Assembly: GCA_009920815.1 (NCBI GenBank)
Contig: RFZH01000001.1
Coordinates: 1-55,789 of the forward strand
DNA length: 55,789 nucleotides
Source of the DNA: Paracoccaceae bacterium
GTDB taxonomy: Bacteria; Pseudomonadota; Alphaproteobacteria; Rhodobacterales; Rhodobacteraceae
Direction: 5' to 3'
In this document: piece after piece, positions 20,508 through 31,747 of the stretch
Layout: every line of letters starts with the position of its first letter
How positions within the stretch are numbered: the first letter of the stretch is position 1
Program-made: the position numbers and the translations under genes
The notes under the pieces: generated by a model
The model's input: the letters and a program-made list of their open reading frames with translations, nothing else
What the model was told of the DNA's origin: nothing
Databases searched by the model: none

Positions 20508-22160
20508 ATGACCGAGATGTCCGATATCGCACATTTGGTGTTTCGGTTGTGTTTTCGGGACCCCAAGGCCTTTGGTGGTGTTTGGATCAAGACATCCGCC
20601 GGTCCACATATGGAAACCTTGCGCGATGGATTACGGACGGCGGGCCATAACCTTCAACGTTTGCATCCAAGCATTTCGATCCCTGAATTGGTAGGTGGTA
20701 TTGATCCGATTACAAGTTTGGCCGAAGGACGGCTGTGTTATCAGCTAGGAATGTTGGAACGGCCCGAAATCATCACATGTGTCATGAGCGAACGGATGCC
20801 CAAAGACGTCGGAGCGCTTATTGCCGGCGCGATGGATGATCGTGTATTGGCCCCCTTGATCCTTTTTGATGAAAGCACGCGACAGGAACAAGGCCCACCG
20901 GATGTTTTGACCAATCGGATCGCATTTTGCCTAGATCTTACAAATGTTCGCAGCGTTGATTTTGCGCCTGACATTCCAAAGGCCGAACAGCCCACGCATA
21001 CATTGCCATGTTTAAGTGATGATCATATCTCTGCTTTAATAACAGCTGCTCTGCAAATGGGTATTTTTGATCTGCGGCCCGTTCTGATGGCACAACGCGC
21101 CGCACAACACCTGGCCGCCTTTGACGCATCTCCGTCCATACGTCAGCAGGATTTGGATCGTGCAGCTGCGCTTGTCTTTGGGCATCGCGCACAATATTTT
21201 GAAACCCCAGAAGAGCAGCCCAAGCCACCTGCCCAAGACCAATCACAATCGCGAAATGATGATACATCAAGTGCAGCTGACACCCCCCTGCCCCAAGATT
21301 TAATGATCGACGCTGTGAAAGCTATGTTGCCGCCAGACGTCTTGGCAAAACTTACTTCAAAAACAGCTGCATCCAGTCCGACCAAAGGTATGGGGTTCGG
21401 ATTGCGTCAAAAATCAAACTTGCGTGGGCGCCCCAAACCCGCGCGGCCTGGACGCCCCCAAGGTCAGCAACGCATTGATTTATTAGCAAGTTTGCGCAGT
21501 GCCGCCCCATGGCAAAAATCACGACGTGCCCATTGCGGTAAAAAAGATGGCATCGTGATATACCCAAACGATTTGCATATTCAAAGATTTGACAATCGTT
21601 CTGAACGCGTTTTGATCTTTGCTGTCGATGCGTCGGGTTCAGCGGCCATGAACCGCATGGGCGAAGCAAAGGGCGCTGTCGAACTTATGCTTGCACAAGC
21701 TTATGCAAAACGTGATTTTGTTGCGTTAATCGGATTTCGTGATATCCGTGCGGATGTACTTTTGCCGCCAACGCGGTCGCTGGTACAAACAAAAAAGAAT
21801 TTGGCAGGCCTTGCCGCAGGGGGCGGTACGCCATTGGCGTTAGGCATTGATACCGCAGTGCGCCTTGCGACGGCCGCACGATCGGCAGGGAAAGCCCCAA
21901 GCATTGCAGTTTTGACGGATGGTAAAGGCAATATTAATTTGAATGGCGATGCCGGCCGACAAAGCGCGATGGAGGATGCATATACTGTCGCCCGCCGCGC
22001 GCATAGCCTAAATATCCCAACCCTTTTCATTGATTGTGGGCGCCGCACAAACCCAGATCTTATTAAATTGGCCGATGAAATGACTGGCCATTATATTAGC
22101 CTGCCTCGGGCGAATGCCTATGGCCTGTCTGAGATTGTGCAAGCGCATCTGGATCAATGA
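20508..22160 (+). CDS. bchD: Magnesium chelatase subunit D
   Basis: 550 aa with a degenerate AAA N-half, a Pro/acidic linker (EEQPKPPAQDQSQ...) and a C-terminal vWA domain with MIDAS-like motif DASGSAAM. Confidence 0.93.
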   Translation: MTEMSDIAHLVFRLCFRDPKAFGGVWIKTSAGPHMETLRDGLRTAGHNLQRLHPSISIPELVGGIDPITSLAEGRLCYQLGMLERPEIITCVMSERMPKDVGALIAGAMDDRVLAPLILFDESTRQEQGPPDVLTNRIAFCLDLTNVRSVDFAPDIPKAEQPTHTLPCLSDDHISALITAALQMGIFDLRPVLMAQRAAQHLAAFDASPSIRQQDLDRAAALVFGHRAQYFETPEEQPKPPAQDQSQSRNDDTSSAADTPLPQDLMIDAVKAMLPPDVLAKLTSKTAASSPTKGMGFGLRQKSNLRGRPKPARPGRPQGQQRIDLLASLRSAAPWQKSRRAHCGKKDGIVIYPNDLHIQRFDNRSERVLIFAVDASGSAAMNRMGEAKGAVELMLAQAYAKRDFVALIGFRDIRADVLLPPTRSLVQTKKNLAGLAAGGGTPLALGIDTAVRLATAARSAGKAPSIAVLTDGKGNINLNGDAGRQSAMEDAYTVARRAHSLNIPTLFIDCGRRTNPDLIKLADEMTGHYISLPRANAYGLSEIVQAHLDQ

Positions 22161-23020
22161 AACCGCGTCAAATACCATCTTGGTGGCCCAATCGTGGCCA
22201 TTCAGAGTGGATCCGAACTCTGCCGTTTCGTTGGCACGCCCAGCGGGTTGGCACCACAGGACCAAAGATTTTATTATTACATGGAACGGGGGCATCGACA
22301 CACAGTTGGGCCCCACTAATAAGTGTCTTACAAAACAAAGCACAGCTTTGCGCCATTGATTTACCTGGCCATGGGTTTTCAGATACGCCACCCATCGGCC
22401 AAAGCACTTTGGCAAACTGTACCCGCGGCGTGGCTATGTTGTTAAGGAATTTAGATTTTGCCCCTGATGTGATTGTTGGTCATTCTGCAGGTGCGGCGAT
22501 TGCTGTTTCATTGGCATCAGATTTTAACCCGAGGCCCAAGGTGATCTGCGTGAACGCCGCCTTTGGTCAGTTTTCAGGCCTTGCCGGTGTTATGTTCCCT
22601 TATTTTGCTAAAATTGCCGCTGCCGCGCCGTTTTCGGCACGTCTCTTGGCGCTTGCTGCCCAAGACATGTCGCGTGTAAAACGGTTGTTGGATGGGACCG
22701 GTTCTTGTGTGTCGGACGAAAGCTTGCGTGCATACGCGACACTGTTTCAGTCCAAAGACCATGTACAGGGAACATTACAATTCATGGCAGAATGGGATCT
22801 TGGCGCATTTCTAGATGGGCTGGGGCAAACCAAATCAGAGATCACATTTTTGACAGGTCAACGCGATAAAACCGTTCCACCGCATATCTCGCGCCATTGG
22901 GCGAATGTCATTGCTGATGCAGCGATATTTGAAATCCCTGCACTTGGGCATTTAATGCAAGAAGAGGCGCCCAAAACCATCGCTGACCATATTATGGCAG
23001 TTGCTTTGGGCGCCTCTTAA
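22157..23020 (+). CDS. bchO: Alpha/beta-hydrolase BchO
   Basis: 287 aa with the nucleophile elbow GHSAG, at the position after bchD (ATGA overlap). Confidence 0.85.
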   Translation: MKPRQIPSWWPNRGHSEWIRTLPFRWHAQRVGTTGPKILLLHGTGASTHSWAPLISVLQNKAQLCAIDLPGHGFSDTPPIGQSTLANCTRGVAMLLRNLDFAPDVIVGHSAGAAIAVSLASDFNPRPKVICVNAAFGQFSGLAGVMFPYFAKIAAAAPFSARLLALAAQDMSRVKRLLDGTGSCVSDESLRAYATLFQSKDHVQGTLQFMAEWDLGAFLDGLGQTKSEITFLTGQRDKTVPPHISRHWANVIADAAIFEIPALGHLMQEEAPKTIADHIMAVALGAS

Positions 23021-23029
23021 TTATTTCTT

Positions 23030-23464
23030 TTATTCAGAGACTGAAACCAAATAGGCCCAGATGTCTTTCGCATCTTCTTCTTTTTTTAATTTAAACGACA
23101 TCTTTGAACGGGCTTTGCTATCGTCCAGTTTTTCTTTCAAATACTTTGTAGGATCTGCGACGTATGCAACAAATTCTGTTTCGTCCCAGACAAATTCTGT
23201 TTCGCCAAGTGCTTTGATACTATCGCCATACTTGAACCCATCTGCGCTTCCTGCGCTACGACCGGGCAAACCGAATAGGTTAGGACCAGTCTTACCGCCT
23301 TTAACGATTGTTTCGTCATCGCCTGTGATGATTGAATGGCAAGATTTACATTTATTAAATCCTTTTTCGCCAGCTGCTGGATCACCAGATGCGTGACCCT
23401 CTGCCAGAGCTGAGCCTGCTGTCACCGTGAAGAGGATCGAAAAAATAGTACCGAATTTAGTCAT
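23030..23464 (-). CDS. cycA: Cytochrome c2 (soluble electron donor to the reaction centre), with signal peptide
   Basis: 144 aa with signal peptide MTKFGTIFSILFTVTAGSALA, a single haem motif CKSCH, and the Met ligand region KMSFKL. Confidence 0.85.
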   Translation of the reverse strand: MTKFGTIFSILFTVTAGSALAEGHASGDPAAGEKGFNKCKSCHSIITGDDETIVKGGKTGPNLFGLPGRSAGSADGFKYGDSIKALGETEFVWDETEFVAYVADPTKYLKEKLDDSKARSKMSFKLKKEEDAKDIWAYLVSVSE

Positions 23465-23526
23465 TTAAGTCTCCAAAATGTATTCATCTTCCCTCTATGA
23501 CGCAACTCTTAGCACAGATTCGATCA

Positions 23527-24741
23527 CTAAGCTACTGCATGCGCCAAAGCACATTGGCGCCACAAAACTGTGAGAGAATTGATCAAATGATCGATATCGG
23601 CGTCAGTATGATAGGGCGATGGGGTAAACCGCAAACGTTCGGTGCCTTTTGGCACTGTGGGGTAATTGATCGGTTGTACGTAAATCCCATAGTCATTCAT
23701 CAAAATATCGGCCAGTTCACGGCATTTTACAGGATCCTTGATCATAACGGGAATGATGTGCGACGGGTTATCCAAATGTGGAATGCCGGCGCGGTCCAAT
23801 CCGGCGCGCAATTTAGCCACTTGCTGACGCTGTCTTGCCCGTTCGATTTGTGATGTTTTTAGATGTGCAATCGACGCACGCGCACCTGCGGCAACCGCAG
23901 GCGGCAACGCGGTTGTAAAGATAAACCCACTCGCGAATGAGCGAACAAAATCACACAATTCATGCGATCCGGTTATATAGCCGCCCATGACACCGTATGC
24001 TTTACCCAATGTTCCCTCGATCAACGTAATGCGGTCTGCAAGGCCCAGTTCTTCGGACACACCACCACCGCGCGGGCCGTACAGCCCGACGGCGTGAACC
24101 TCGTCCAGATATGTCATGGCACCATGTTTTTCTGCAACCTCGACAATTTCTTGCATAGGGCAAATATCGCCGTCCATCGAATAGACCGATTCAAACGCAA
24201 CAATTTTTGGGCGATCTGGTGCGATCGTGGCCAATTTACGATCCAAATCCTCTGGGTCATTATGTTTCCAGATTACTTTGTCGGCGCGTGAATGGCGCAC
24301 ACCTTCGATCATGCTGGCATGGTTCAGCGCGTCAGACAGGATAACAGCATTCGGCAATTTTGATCCCAGCGTGCTAAGCGCTGCCCAGTTTGAAACATAG
24401 CCCGAAGTGAACAGCAATGCTGCATCTTTGCCGTGCAAATCGGCCAATTCATTTTCCAAAAGCTTGTGGTGGTGGTTGGTTCCAGAGATGTTGCGTGTCC
24501 CGCCCGCGCCACAGCCACAGCTGTCAATCACGTCTTTCATTGCTTGACGGACAACAGGGTGCTGTCCCATCCCAAGATAATCGTTAGAACACCATACGGT
24601 CACTTCTTCGGGGGCATTTTTGTCGTGGCTTTTCGCCCGCGGGAAAGCACCGCATTTACGCTCTAATTCGGCAAAGATGCGATAATTTCCATCACTTTTT
24701 AGCTGATCAAGTTGATCTGCAAACATTGCATCATAGTCCAT
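23527..24741 (-). CDS. hemA: 5-aminolevulinate synthase
   Basis: An alpha-oxoamine synthase with the PLP-lysine context [13 protein letters not shown]. The start is taken at ATG 24741 ([11 protein letters not shown]...), preceded by AGGA. The track start 24780 is the alternative. Confidence 0.93.
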   Translation of the reverse strand: MDYDAMFADQLDQLKSDGNYRIFAELERKCGAFPRAKSHDKNAPEEVTVWCSNDYLGMGQHPVVRQAMKDVIDSCGCGAGGTRNISGTNHHHKLLENELADLHGKDAALLFTSGYVSNWAALSTLGSKLPNAVILSDALNHASMIEGVRHSRADKVIWKHNDPEDLDRKLATIAPDRPKIVAFESVYSMDGDICPMQEIVEVAEKHGAMTYLDEVHAVGLYGPRGGGVSEELGLADRITLIEGTLGKAYGVMGGYITGSHELCDFVRSFASGFIFTTALPPAVAAGARASIAHLKTSQIERARQRQQVAKLRAGLDRAGIPHLDNPSHIIPVMIKDPVKCRELADILMNDYGIYVQPINYPTVPKGTERLRFTPSPYHTDADIDHLINSLTVLWRQCALAHAVA

Positions 24742-25549
24742 GGGAATCCTTTCGCCGGTATTTTTGTTCAATTTGTTCATGTTTTTGTGGGATCATCCAT
24801 CGCCACAACTGTGCATCAGGGACCGGTAGAACCATCACCCAATGCTCAACCAAAGCCATCGCAGTCATCGATGACAAAAGAGAAAATCCAATAATCTGTT
24901 CGGCCAATGTCATTGCATAGATGCGTTCGATCCAGCAGGCCAAAGCAAAGGTCAAAAGCGTTACGGAAATTGGGAAAAACCAATTCATAGAAGAAACGCG
25001 GAAATGGCTGGTTAAATGGGCCAGCGCCTTAGGCACAAATTCAACATTTATCCGTGGCACACCAAAAAACAGGTTCAATTTGGCAAACACGCGGGCACCA
25101 TAGAGAATTATGAACGTCCACATACCGAAGCCATTTTCAGCACCCCATCCGATGTAAATGATTACCGACAGCGAAGCCAAAAGTGCGATTTCATGATATG
25201 CCAAAGTACCCCAAGCGCGGATAAATCGTTCAATCGGTGTAATGTTGGTCGGGCATTCCGTGACGTTTGGTCCCGTGATAACACCCGTTAAAAAAGCAAA
25301 CTCTATCCATCCCCATACAGCCAAGGCGGCAAAAAAGCCCAAATAGACTGCGGTCGTGGTCTGCAGGTTCGCTGTGTAATCTATTCCAAACAAGCCGATC
25401 CCGAAAATCGGCAAACTCGCCAAACAAACCTTTTGGCGTTGTGCAATCGATAAACGATCACACAAACGCACAGCGATCAAAATCATACCCGTGAAAAACC
25501 ACCAGCTAAAGATCGCAACAAGGCAGGCTATGACGATTGGGTTAGACAT
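24731..25549 (-). CDS. puhE: Photosynthetic complex assembly protein PuhE
   Basis: 272 aa, a polytopic membrane protein at the conserved position immediately after acsF. Confidence 0.8.
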   Translation of the reverse strand: MSNPIVIACLVAIFSWWFFTGMILIAVRLCDRLSIAQRQKVCLASLPIFGIGLFGIDYTANLQTTTAVYLGFFAALAVWGWIEFAFLTGVITGPNVTECPTNITPIERFIRAWGTLAYHEIALLASLSVIIYIGWGAENGFGMWTFIILYGARVFAKLNLFFGVPRINVEFVPKALAHLTSHFRVSSMNWFFPISVTLLTFALACWIERIYAMTLAEQIIGFSLLSSMTAMALVEHWVMVLPVPDAQLWRWMIPQKHEQIEQKYRRKDSHGL

Positions 25550-26646
25550 TAATAGGATGGCTCCAACCGTGTATATGACGGCACAGCGTGCTTTTTGGCG
25601 GGAATGGTATAAAGCGATAAGAACGCCAATCCTGCACGCAAGCTGGCCCCAAATTGCGCTAACTTTTTACCCTTTTGTTTCGCAATCGCCAAATCAACAT
25701 TGGCCTTTTGCAAACGCTTTAGGCCCGCGTCCCAGCGTGGGTTGTCGATATCAAGCGTGATTGGGAAAATTTGTTCGCTAAGCTTTGAGGTTTTAATAAA
25801 CACTTCACGCGCATACCAATCAGGATCAACACCTAGCGCTTTGTGGAATTCAGGGCGTTGGTGATCGCGCACATACATCGTCCCATAGACAGCGGTTAGA
25901 AAGAATTTGATCCACCAAACATTTATTCCACGGGTCAGTTTGGGGTCCGTTTTCATCAAAAGCGCAAAGGCTTCGCCATGTGCAAATTCATCATTACACC
26001 ATTCTTCAAACCATTTGAAAATTGGATGAAACCGATGTTGTGGGTTTTCCTCGAGGTGCCGGAAAATCGTAATATAGCGTGCATAACCAATCTTTTCTGA
26101 TAGGTATGTCGCGTAATAGATAAATTTCGGACGGAAATAGGTGTATTTCTTTTTCTGTGTCAGAAATCCAAGGTTCACCGCCACGCCCGCCTCGCGCAGT
26201 GCGTCGTTGATAAACCCTGCATGACGTGCCTCGTCGCGGGCCATCAATTGAAACAATTGCGTGATATCTTTGTTCGAACCGCGCCGTTTCATTTCCTTGT
26301 ACAACACACATCCCGAAAATTCTGCGGTACACGAACTAATCAAAAAATCGATGAATTCTTTTTTCAGCTTTGGTTCCATTCCGTCCCAATCGACGGTGTC
26401 CCAATCTGCGTTCTTTTTAAAGTGGCCTTTGTTCGGATCGCTGACCATACGATCAATCAAAGGATCCCATTCGTCACGAATTTTGCTGACATCAATGGCA
26501 TCCAATTCATCAAAATCTGTCGTGTAAAATCGCGGCGTCAACAATGTGTCCTGCATAGCCACCTGGGTGGCTGCATCACTATCAATAGCGTCTTGCAGGG
26601 CGATTGCTTCTTCGGCTGTGGTTGCGTCGGCGGAATGCATATTCAT
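25549..26646 (-). CDS. acsF: Mg-protoporphyrin IX monomethyl ester oxidative (aerobic) cyclase
   Basis: 365 aa, a di-iron carboxylate protein with two ExxH motifs (RDEARHAGF and NDEFAHGEAF). Confidence 0.94.
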   Translation of the reverse strand: MNMHSADATTAEEAIALQDAIDSDAATQVAMQDTLLTPRFYTTDFDELDAIDVSKIRDEWDPLIDRMVSDPNKGHFKKNADWDTVDWDGMEPKLKKEFIDFLISSCTAEFSGCVLYKEMKRRGSNKDITQLFQLMARDEARHAGFINDALREAGVAVNLGFLTQKKKYTYFRPKFIYYATYLSEKIGYARYITIFRHLEENPQHRFHPIFKWFEEWCNDEFAHGEAFALLMKTDPKLTRGINVWWIKFFLTAVYGTMYVRDHQRPEFHKALGVDPDWYAREVFIKTSKLSEQIFPITLDIDNPRWDAGLKRLQKANVDLAIAKQKGKKLAQFGASLRAGLAFLSLYTIPAKKHAVPSYTRLEPSY

Positions 26647-26939
26647 GATAACACCTCATCTGAGAACGAAAACTCACAAAGCTCCATTACCTCAAGATCG
26701 CCTGTTGCGCGCGTCCATAGGCGTTCTAAACCACTGGCGCGAACGATGATCGCGTTTCGGTCTTCGCTAACGACTTCGCCGAAAGGTGCCATGATCTCTG
26801 GACCTTCGACGTGGACCTCATCACCAGGATAAATGACCGCGCCATTGTTAAAGCGGACATGCGCGTGCAGGCTTTCAAATTTATGGCTAATTTCGACTGT
26901 GCAAGGCACATATTCCTTGGTTCGTGTAAAAAACCCCAT
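26643..26939 (-). CDS. bciE: Small conserved PGC protein immediately upstream of acsF; probable cyclase partner BciE
   Basis: The track ORF 26643-27026 overlaps puhC. The internal ATG at 26939 (MGFFTRTKEYVPC...) gives 98 aa. Its start lies 2 nt after the puhC stop, and its own stop forms an ATGA overlap with the acsF start. The assignment rests on position and size only. Confidence 0.55.
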   Translation of the reverse strand: MGFFTRTKEYVPCTVEISHKFESLHAHVRFNNGAVIYPGDEVHVEGPEIMAPFGEVVSEDRNAIIVRASGLERLWTRATGDLEVMELCEFSFSDEVLS

Positions 26940-26941
26940 GA

Positions 26942-27412
26942 TTAGTTTCCTTTCATCGCTTTGGCTACGAGATTGGCAAATGCGCGGGAATTGTCCGCGC
27001 CAAATCCCATCAGATCCGCTTGCCAACCGGTCTGAGGGTCTAATAGAGAAAGGCGGTTATTTTCCCGCCAAATGACATGGACAGGCGCGTCCATCGTCAT
27101 TCCTGCGCGCGCGCGTTCACGTTCAATGACGCGCGCGACGCCGGAAATAAATCCGCCCTTTTCCCCAGTCATTTCGGCAAGCACTGTGCCGTTTTGATCT
27201 AAAACACGGACTGCGCCGCTTTGTTGTCCGTAAATATACAGGGGAACTTCGGCTTTGATCGGTGATGCAGGGGGCGTTGCGACCGCAGGCACATCGAAAA
27301 CGCGCACCATGGTGACAGAAAATAGTACCACCAGGACCAATGAAAACATCGCCCATAAAGCGACTTTTGGGATCGTTTCTTCGTCCTTTTTTATGTAACG
27401 AACATCGGCCAT
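26942..27412 (-). CDS. puhC: Photosynthetic complex assembly protein PuhC
   Basis: 156 aa with a single N-terminal TM segment, at the conserved position puhA-puhB-puhC. Confidence 0.8.
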   Translation of the reverse strand: MADVRYIKKDEETIPKVALWAMFSLVLVVLFSVTMVRVFDVPAVATPPASPIKAEVPLYIYGQQSGAVRVLDQNGTVLAEMTGEKGGFISGVARVIERERARAGMTMDAPVHVIWRENNRLSLLDPQTGWQADLMGFGADNSRAFANLVAKAMKGN

Positions 27413-27421
27413 TTTTGTCCC

Positions 27422-28060
27422 CTATTGCGCAGCGACGCCCAGAATTGGTGTGTCTGCATGCGATTTGTTTTGTTCTTCAATGAGGCGGGCTTTGGCAGCT
27501 TTGGCCAGAATGTTCGCGACGGCATCCGCATCTGCGATGGCGCGTAAAGTGGGCTGTGGTTTGGTAAAATGCCATGGGCGGGCATGTGGCCATAGAACAA
27601 GAAACGAAAACTTTGTACCGCCCTTGGTTTCTAGGGCAATGTTTCCATGTCCATTGCGCCGCTTTGCAAGAGCTGCATTTTCAATCTGGGTAAAAGGCAG
27701 GTTCAATGTTACGGTCAACGCCGCACCCACGCGCATAGCAACGCGACGGTTTGTGATGGTGTAAACCGTCGCGCGCGCTTGGACATAACCGACAATTATA
27801 AACAATCCAGCCACAATTGCGCCGATCACCACAAAGGGCAATGACACAGCGATGGCGCGATCTAATGGCAAAAGATCAACCACGGTAAAAAACCGCCATA
27901 GCGTTAAGATACCGAAATAGCCGACAACCCACCAAAGGTTCATCGATTGCACCGTCAGGTGCCACCAATCTGGTCGCCCCTGCCACAAGATGACCTCGCC
28001 CCGAGGCAGGAATTCAGGGAGTCCCTTAATCGGTTCTACTGCGAAATCATCATGTGACAT
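27422..28060 (-). CDS. puhB: Photosynthetic complex assembly protein PuhB
   Basis: 212 aa with two or three TM segments and a bacterial PH-like repeat, at the position after puhA. Confidence 0.8.
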   Translation of the reverse strand: MSHDDFAVEPIKGLPEFLPRGEVILWQGRPDWWHLTVQSMNLWWVVGYFGILTLWRFFTVVDLLPLDRAIAVSLPFVVIGAIVAGLFIIVGYVQARATVYTITNRRVAMRVGAALTVTLNLPFTQIENAALAKRRNGHGNIALETKGGTKFSFLVLWPHARPWHFTKPQPTLRAIADADAVANILAKAAKARLIEEQNKSHADTPILGVAAQ

Positions 28061-28079
28061 GGACGGCCCCTTTCCGGGA

Positions 28080-28847
28080 TTACAATTGTGGTTCTAGGCG
28101 TGCAGAAGAGGCATAAAGTGTTCCGCCTGCGTAATAAGCGGAAATCTTTTCTTCCTCTAACAAGGTTACTTGATTGCCTGATTTATGTTTTGGGACATCG
28201 TTGAAATGTTTGCCAAAAATCGACTTAATCGCCACACGATTAGAATGAATGCGCGCAAGCGTCATTGGGACCAAACGTGTGCCTTCACCAGTTGCTGCAT
28301 CCAATTCGATTTCCAAATAGCGCACCAATTGCTCAGGTTCGTCCACCCACATGTCGCAGATCCGGCCGACGATTTCGCCGTCCCCTGCCATGACCGGTAA
28401 ACCACGCGGATCACGTCCAGCGGCCACAAAAAATTTATCGCTCCCTGAGAGTGGGATAATTTTTGGATGACCATGTGCATCTAACTCCGCGACATCGCGA
28501 CGGGCTGCCCATGCTGCGGGACCAACGCCATCCTTCATTGGATTTCCCGTTGGTTCAAATGGATAGCCATTTGCAACGTTGGTTTGTTGCAAAGCAACCT
28601 CACGACGTTCCCCATCATTATTTGGTACTGTCACGTCGCCGCGGCCATGGGGCAACTTAAAGGTTTTTGGATCAGGAACCGGGAACATTCCTTGGTTTGC
28701 TGCAACGGTGCCATCGTCATTTTCCAAAGGATAGCCTTCGCGCATGTTTTCCCGCTGAATGTAAAAAATCAGCAGAGCGAAAAAGATCCAGAACAGCCAC
28801 AGCGCTGCGCTGACCAGATCAAAGTTTCCAAAAAATACTGTTGTCAT
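28080..28847 (-). CDS. puhA: Reaction-centre H subunit
   Basis: 255 aa with an N-terminal TM segment (LVSAALWLFWIFFALLIFYIQRENMREGYPLE) and a PRC-barrel-like C-terminal domain. Confidence 0.94.
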   Translation of the reverse strand: MTTVFFGNFDLVSAALWLFWIFFALLIFYIQRENMREGYPLENDDGTVAANQGMFPVPDPKTFKLPHGRGDVTVPNNDGERREVALQQTNVANGYPFEPTGNPMKDGVGPAAWAARRDVAELDAHGHPKIIPLSGSDKFFVAAGRDPRGLPVMAGDGEIVGRICDMWVDEPEQLVRYLEIELDAATGEGTRLVPMTLARIHSNRVAIKSIFGKHFNDVPKHKSGNQVTLLEEEKISAYYAGGTLYASSARLEPQL

Positions 28848-28874
28848 GTCAGTTTCCTTTCAAAACGCTACCGA

Positions 28875-30320
28875 TCACATTGGAAAATCAGCGAGCTGAA
28901 TGCCCCCTGACCTTTGATCGGATAAAGATGAAGTGCGTCGCGCCTGCCGCACCAATGGTCTGAGAAGAACGAACGTTATGATCAACGCCGCTATCTCGGT
29001 TGTGTAAACAGTTGCATACCCCGTTGCCGGCGTCGTCAGGCGGTCACCAAATGTGCCACCCAATGCAGCGGAATTGATCCAATCCCGCAATGTCCCGCCA
29101 AGTGCGATTGCGCATCCAGCCGCTGTCGCCTGTGCGGCACCCCATGCGCCAAGCGCCAAGCCGCGGCCGGCATCATTGATCACAGGCAGATTCATGGCCG
29201 TGATTAACGTGGCAACCGCAAACAAGCCTGCGCCTAAGCCAATCAAGGTTGTACCTGTAAAAAACAAAAGCGGTGATGCGGCGGGCGTTGCCAAAATTAC
29301 CGCTATAAAGGCAATAATCCCAACCAAGACGGCCTTAGACATCAATTGATGTTCGGCTGCGCCTGACCGTAAATGTCGCGCAGCAAAGGCCAAACCGATA
29401 AGTGCCCCCAAGGACCACGCTGCAGTCAGCCACGTGGTTTTGCCAACGCTTAGGCCCAGAACCTCGCCTCCGTAGGGTTCTAGCAAAACATCTTGCATAT
29501 TGAACGCAAGCGTCCCAACAAAGACCACAACAATTAAACGGCTTGCCGAAGGTGTCGCCATAAAATCCGCCCATGCATTTGAAAAAACGGGACGCGGTTG
29601 CGCACGTTCAGAGGCGGTCATTGGCATGACATGTTCTTGTTTCCACAGTGCGATTAGGTTCAATAACAATCCCGTAATCGCCGCGCCTTGAACCACGCGA
29701 ATAAGCGTAAGATTCGAAAAATCACGCAAAAGCCAACCAATCAAAAGGGCAGAAAGGCCCATCCCCGCCAGATACATGACATAAAGCAGCGAAACGACAC
29801 GCGGACGCGTGATATCATCTGCCCGATCACTGGCTAAGGCCAATCCCGCGGTTTGGGTCATGTGCATGCCAAACCCTGTCATCAAAAACGCAAAAGCTGC
29901 CAGGATTTCGCCCGCCCAATCAGGACCCAAGGTTTGATCGCCTGATAAGACAATCAAAGCAAATGGCATGACTGCAAGCCCACCCATTTGGCACAAAGAT
30001 CCGAACCAGATATATGGAACCCGTTTCCATCCAATCGCAGAGCGGTGTGTATCGGATCTAAATCCTAAAACGGCACGAAATGGCGCAATCAAAACAGGTA
30101 AGGCAATCATAATTGCGACAATCATCGCAGGAACGCTAAGTTCGACGATCATCACACGATTCAAGGTGCCCAATAGCATGACACTGGCCATGCCCACCGA
30201 TACTTGGAACAACGACAGGCGCAGGATTTGCGATAACGGCAAATCCGTGCTGGCCGCATCCGCAAAAGGCAACATGCGCCGCGGAAGCTGTGTCCAAGTA
30301 TGGCGTTTGGGGGATGTCAT
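28875..30320 (-). CDS. lhaA: LhaA, PucC/BCD-family MFS protein (LH1 assembly)
   Basis: 481 aa with about 12 TM segments, at the position between bchM and puhA. It is a paralog of the ORF at 41879-43186. Confidence 0.88.
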   Translation of the reverse strand: MTSPKRHTWTQLPRRMLPFADAASTDLPLSQILRLSLFQVSVGMASVMLLGTLNRVMIVELSVPAMIVAIMIALPVLIAPFRAVLGFRSDTHRSAIGWKRVPYIWFGSLCQMGGLAVMPFALIVLSGDQTLGPDWAGEILAAFAFLMTGFGMHMTQTAGLALASDRADDITRPRVVSLLYVMYLAGMGLSALLIGWLLRDFSNLTLIRVVQGAAITGLLLNLIALWKQEHVMPMTASERAQPRPVFSNAWADFMATPSASRLIVVVFVGTLAFNMQDVLLEPYGGEVLGLSVGKTTWLTAAWSLGALIGLAFAARHLRSGAAEHQLMSKAVLVGIIAFIAVILATPAASPLLFFTGTTLIGLGAGLFAVATLITAMNLPVINDAGRGLALGAWGAAQATAAGCAIALGGTLRDWINSAALGGTFGDRLTTPATGYATVYTTEIAALIITFVLLRPLVRQARRTSSLSDQRSGGIQLADFPM

Positions 30321-30813
30321 CTATGGCACCCCATTGCATGAGAAATGTAAAATCCCGATGTCACGCGCCCCAAATCAACCAACAGTGCATCATCCCCCAG
30401 CGCACGGCGCAACGCGCGATAGGATTGCGGCACCATTGTGGGGGATTTATCACCCTTGGGGGCAAGCTTTCCCGCGTACCACATCGATTCGATGTGATCG
30501 TGTAATTCAACGGGGATGCGTTTGCGCGCGATATCTATCAAGGACGGGCTGATATCAATTGCGACCACATCAGCGCCACGCAGGGCAAGTTCTTGGGTTA
30601 ACTGTCCAGGGCCACAGCCTGCGTCCATGATGCGTGCCCCTGTCAAGTCTTGTGGTAACTGGGCTAGCAATTTCATCCGCATTTCATCGCGCCCTGCCCG
30701 CACAGTTTGTCGAATGCGCGACACTGGGGCGTCCGACGTTAGGCGTTCCCATGTTTTTGTGGCGGTTTTGTCGAAATACATTTCAACCCGCGACAGTGTT
30801 TGTTCGTACCGCA

Positions 30814-30814
<1 letters not shown>
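30317..30814 (-). CDS. bchM: Mg-protoporphyrin IX methyltransferase, abnormally short (about 60-residue internal in-frame gap; possible pseudogene)
   Basis: The N-terminal half is canonical (YFDKTATKTWERLTSDAPVSRIRQTVRAGRDEMR; SAM motif MDAGCGPG; VVAIDISP). The conserved C-terminal end is also present (GKLAPKGDKSPTMVP...GFYISH). Only 498 nt lie between the bchL stop and the lhaA start, giving 165 aa. Confidence 0.85.
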
Positions 30815-31737
<923 letters not shown>

Positions 31738-31747
31738 TTATAGTATG

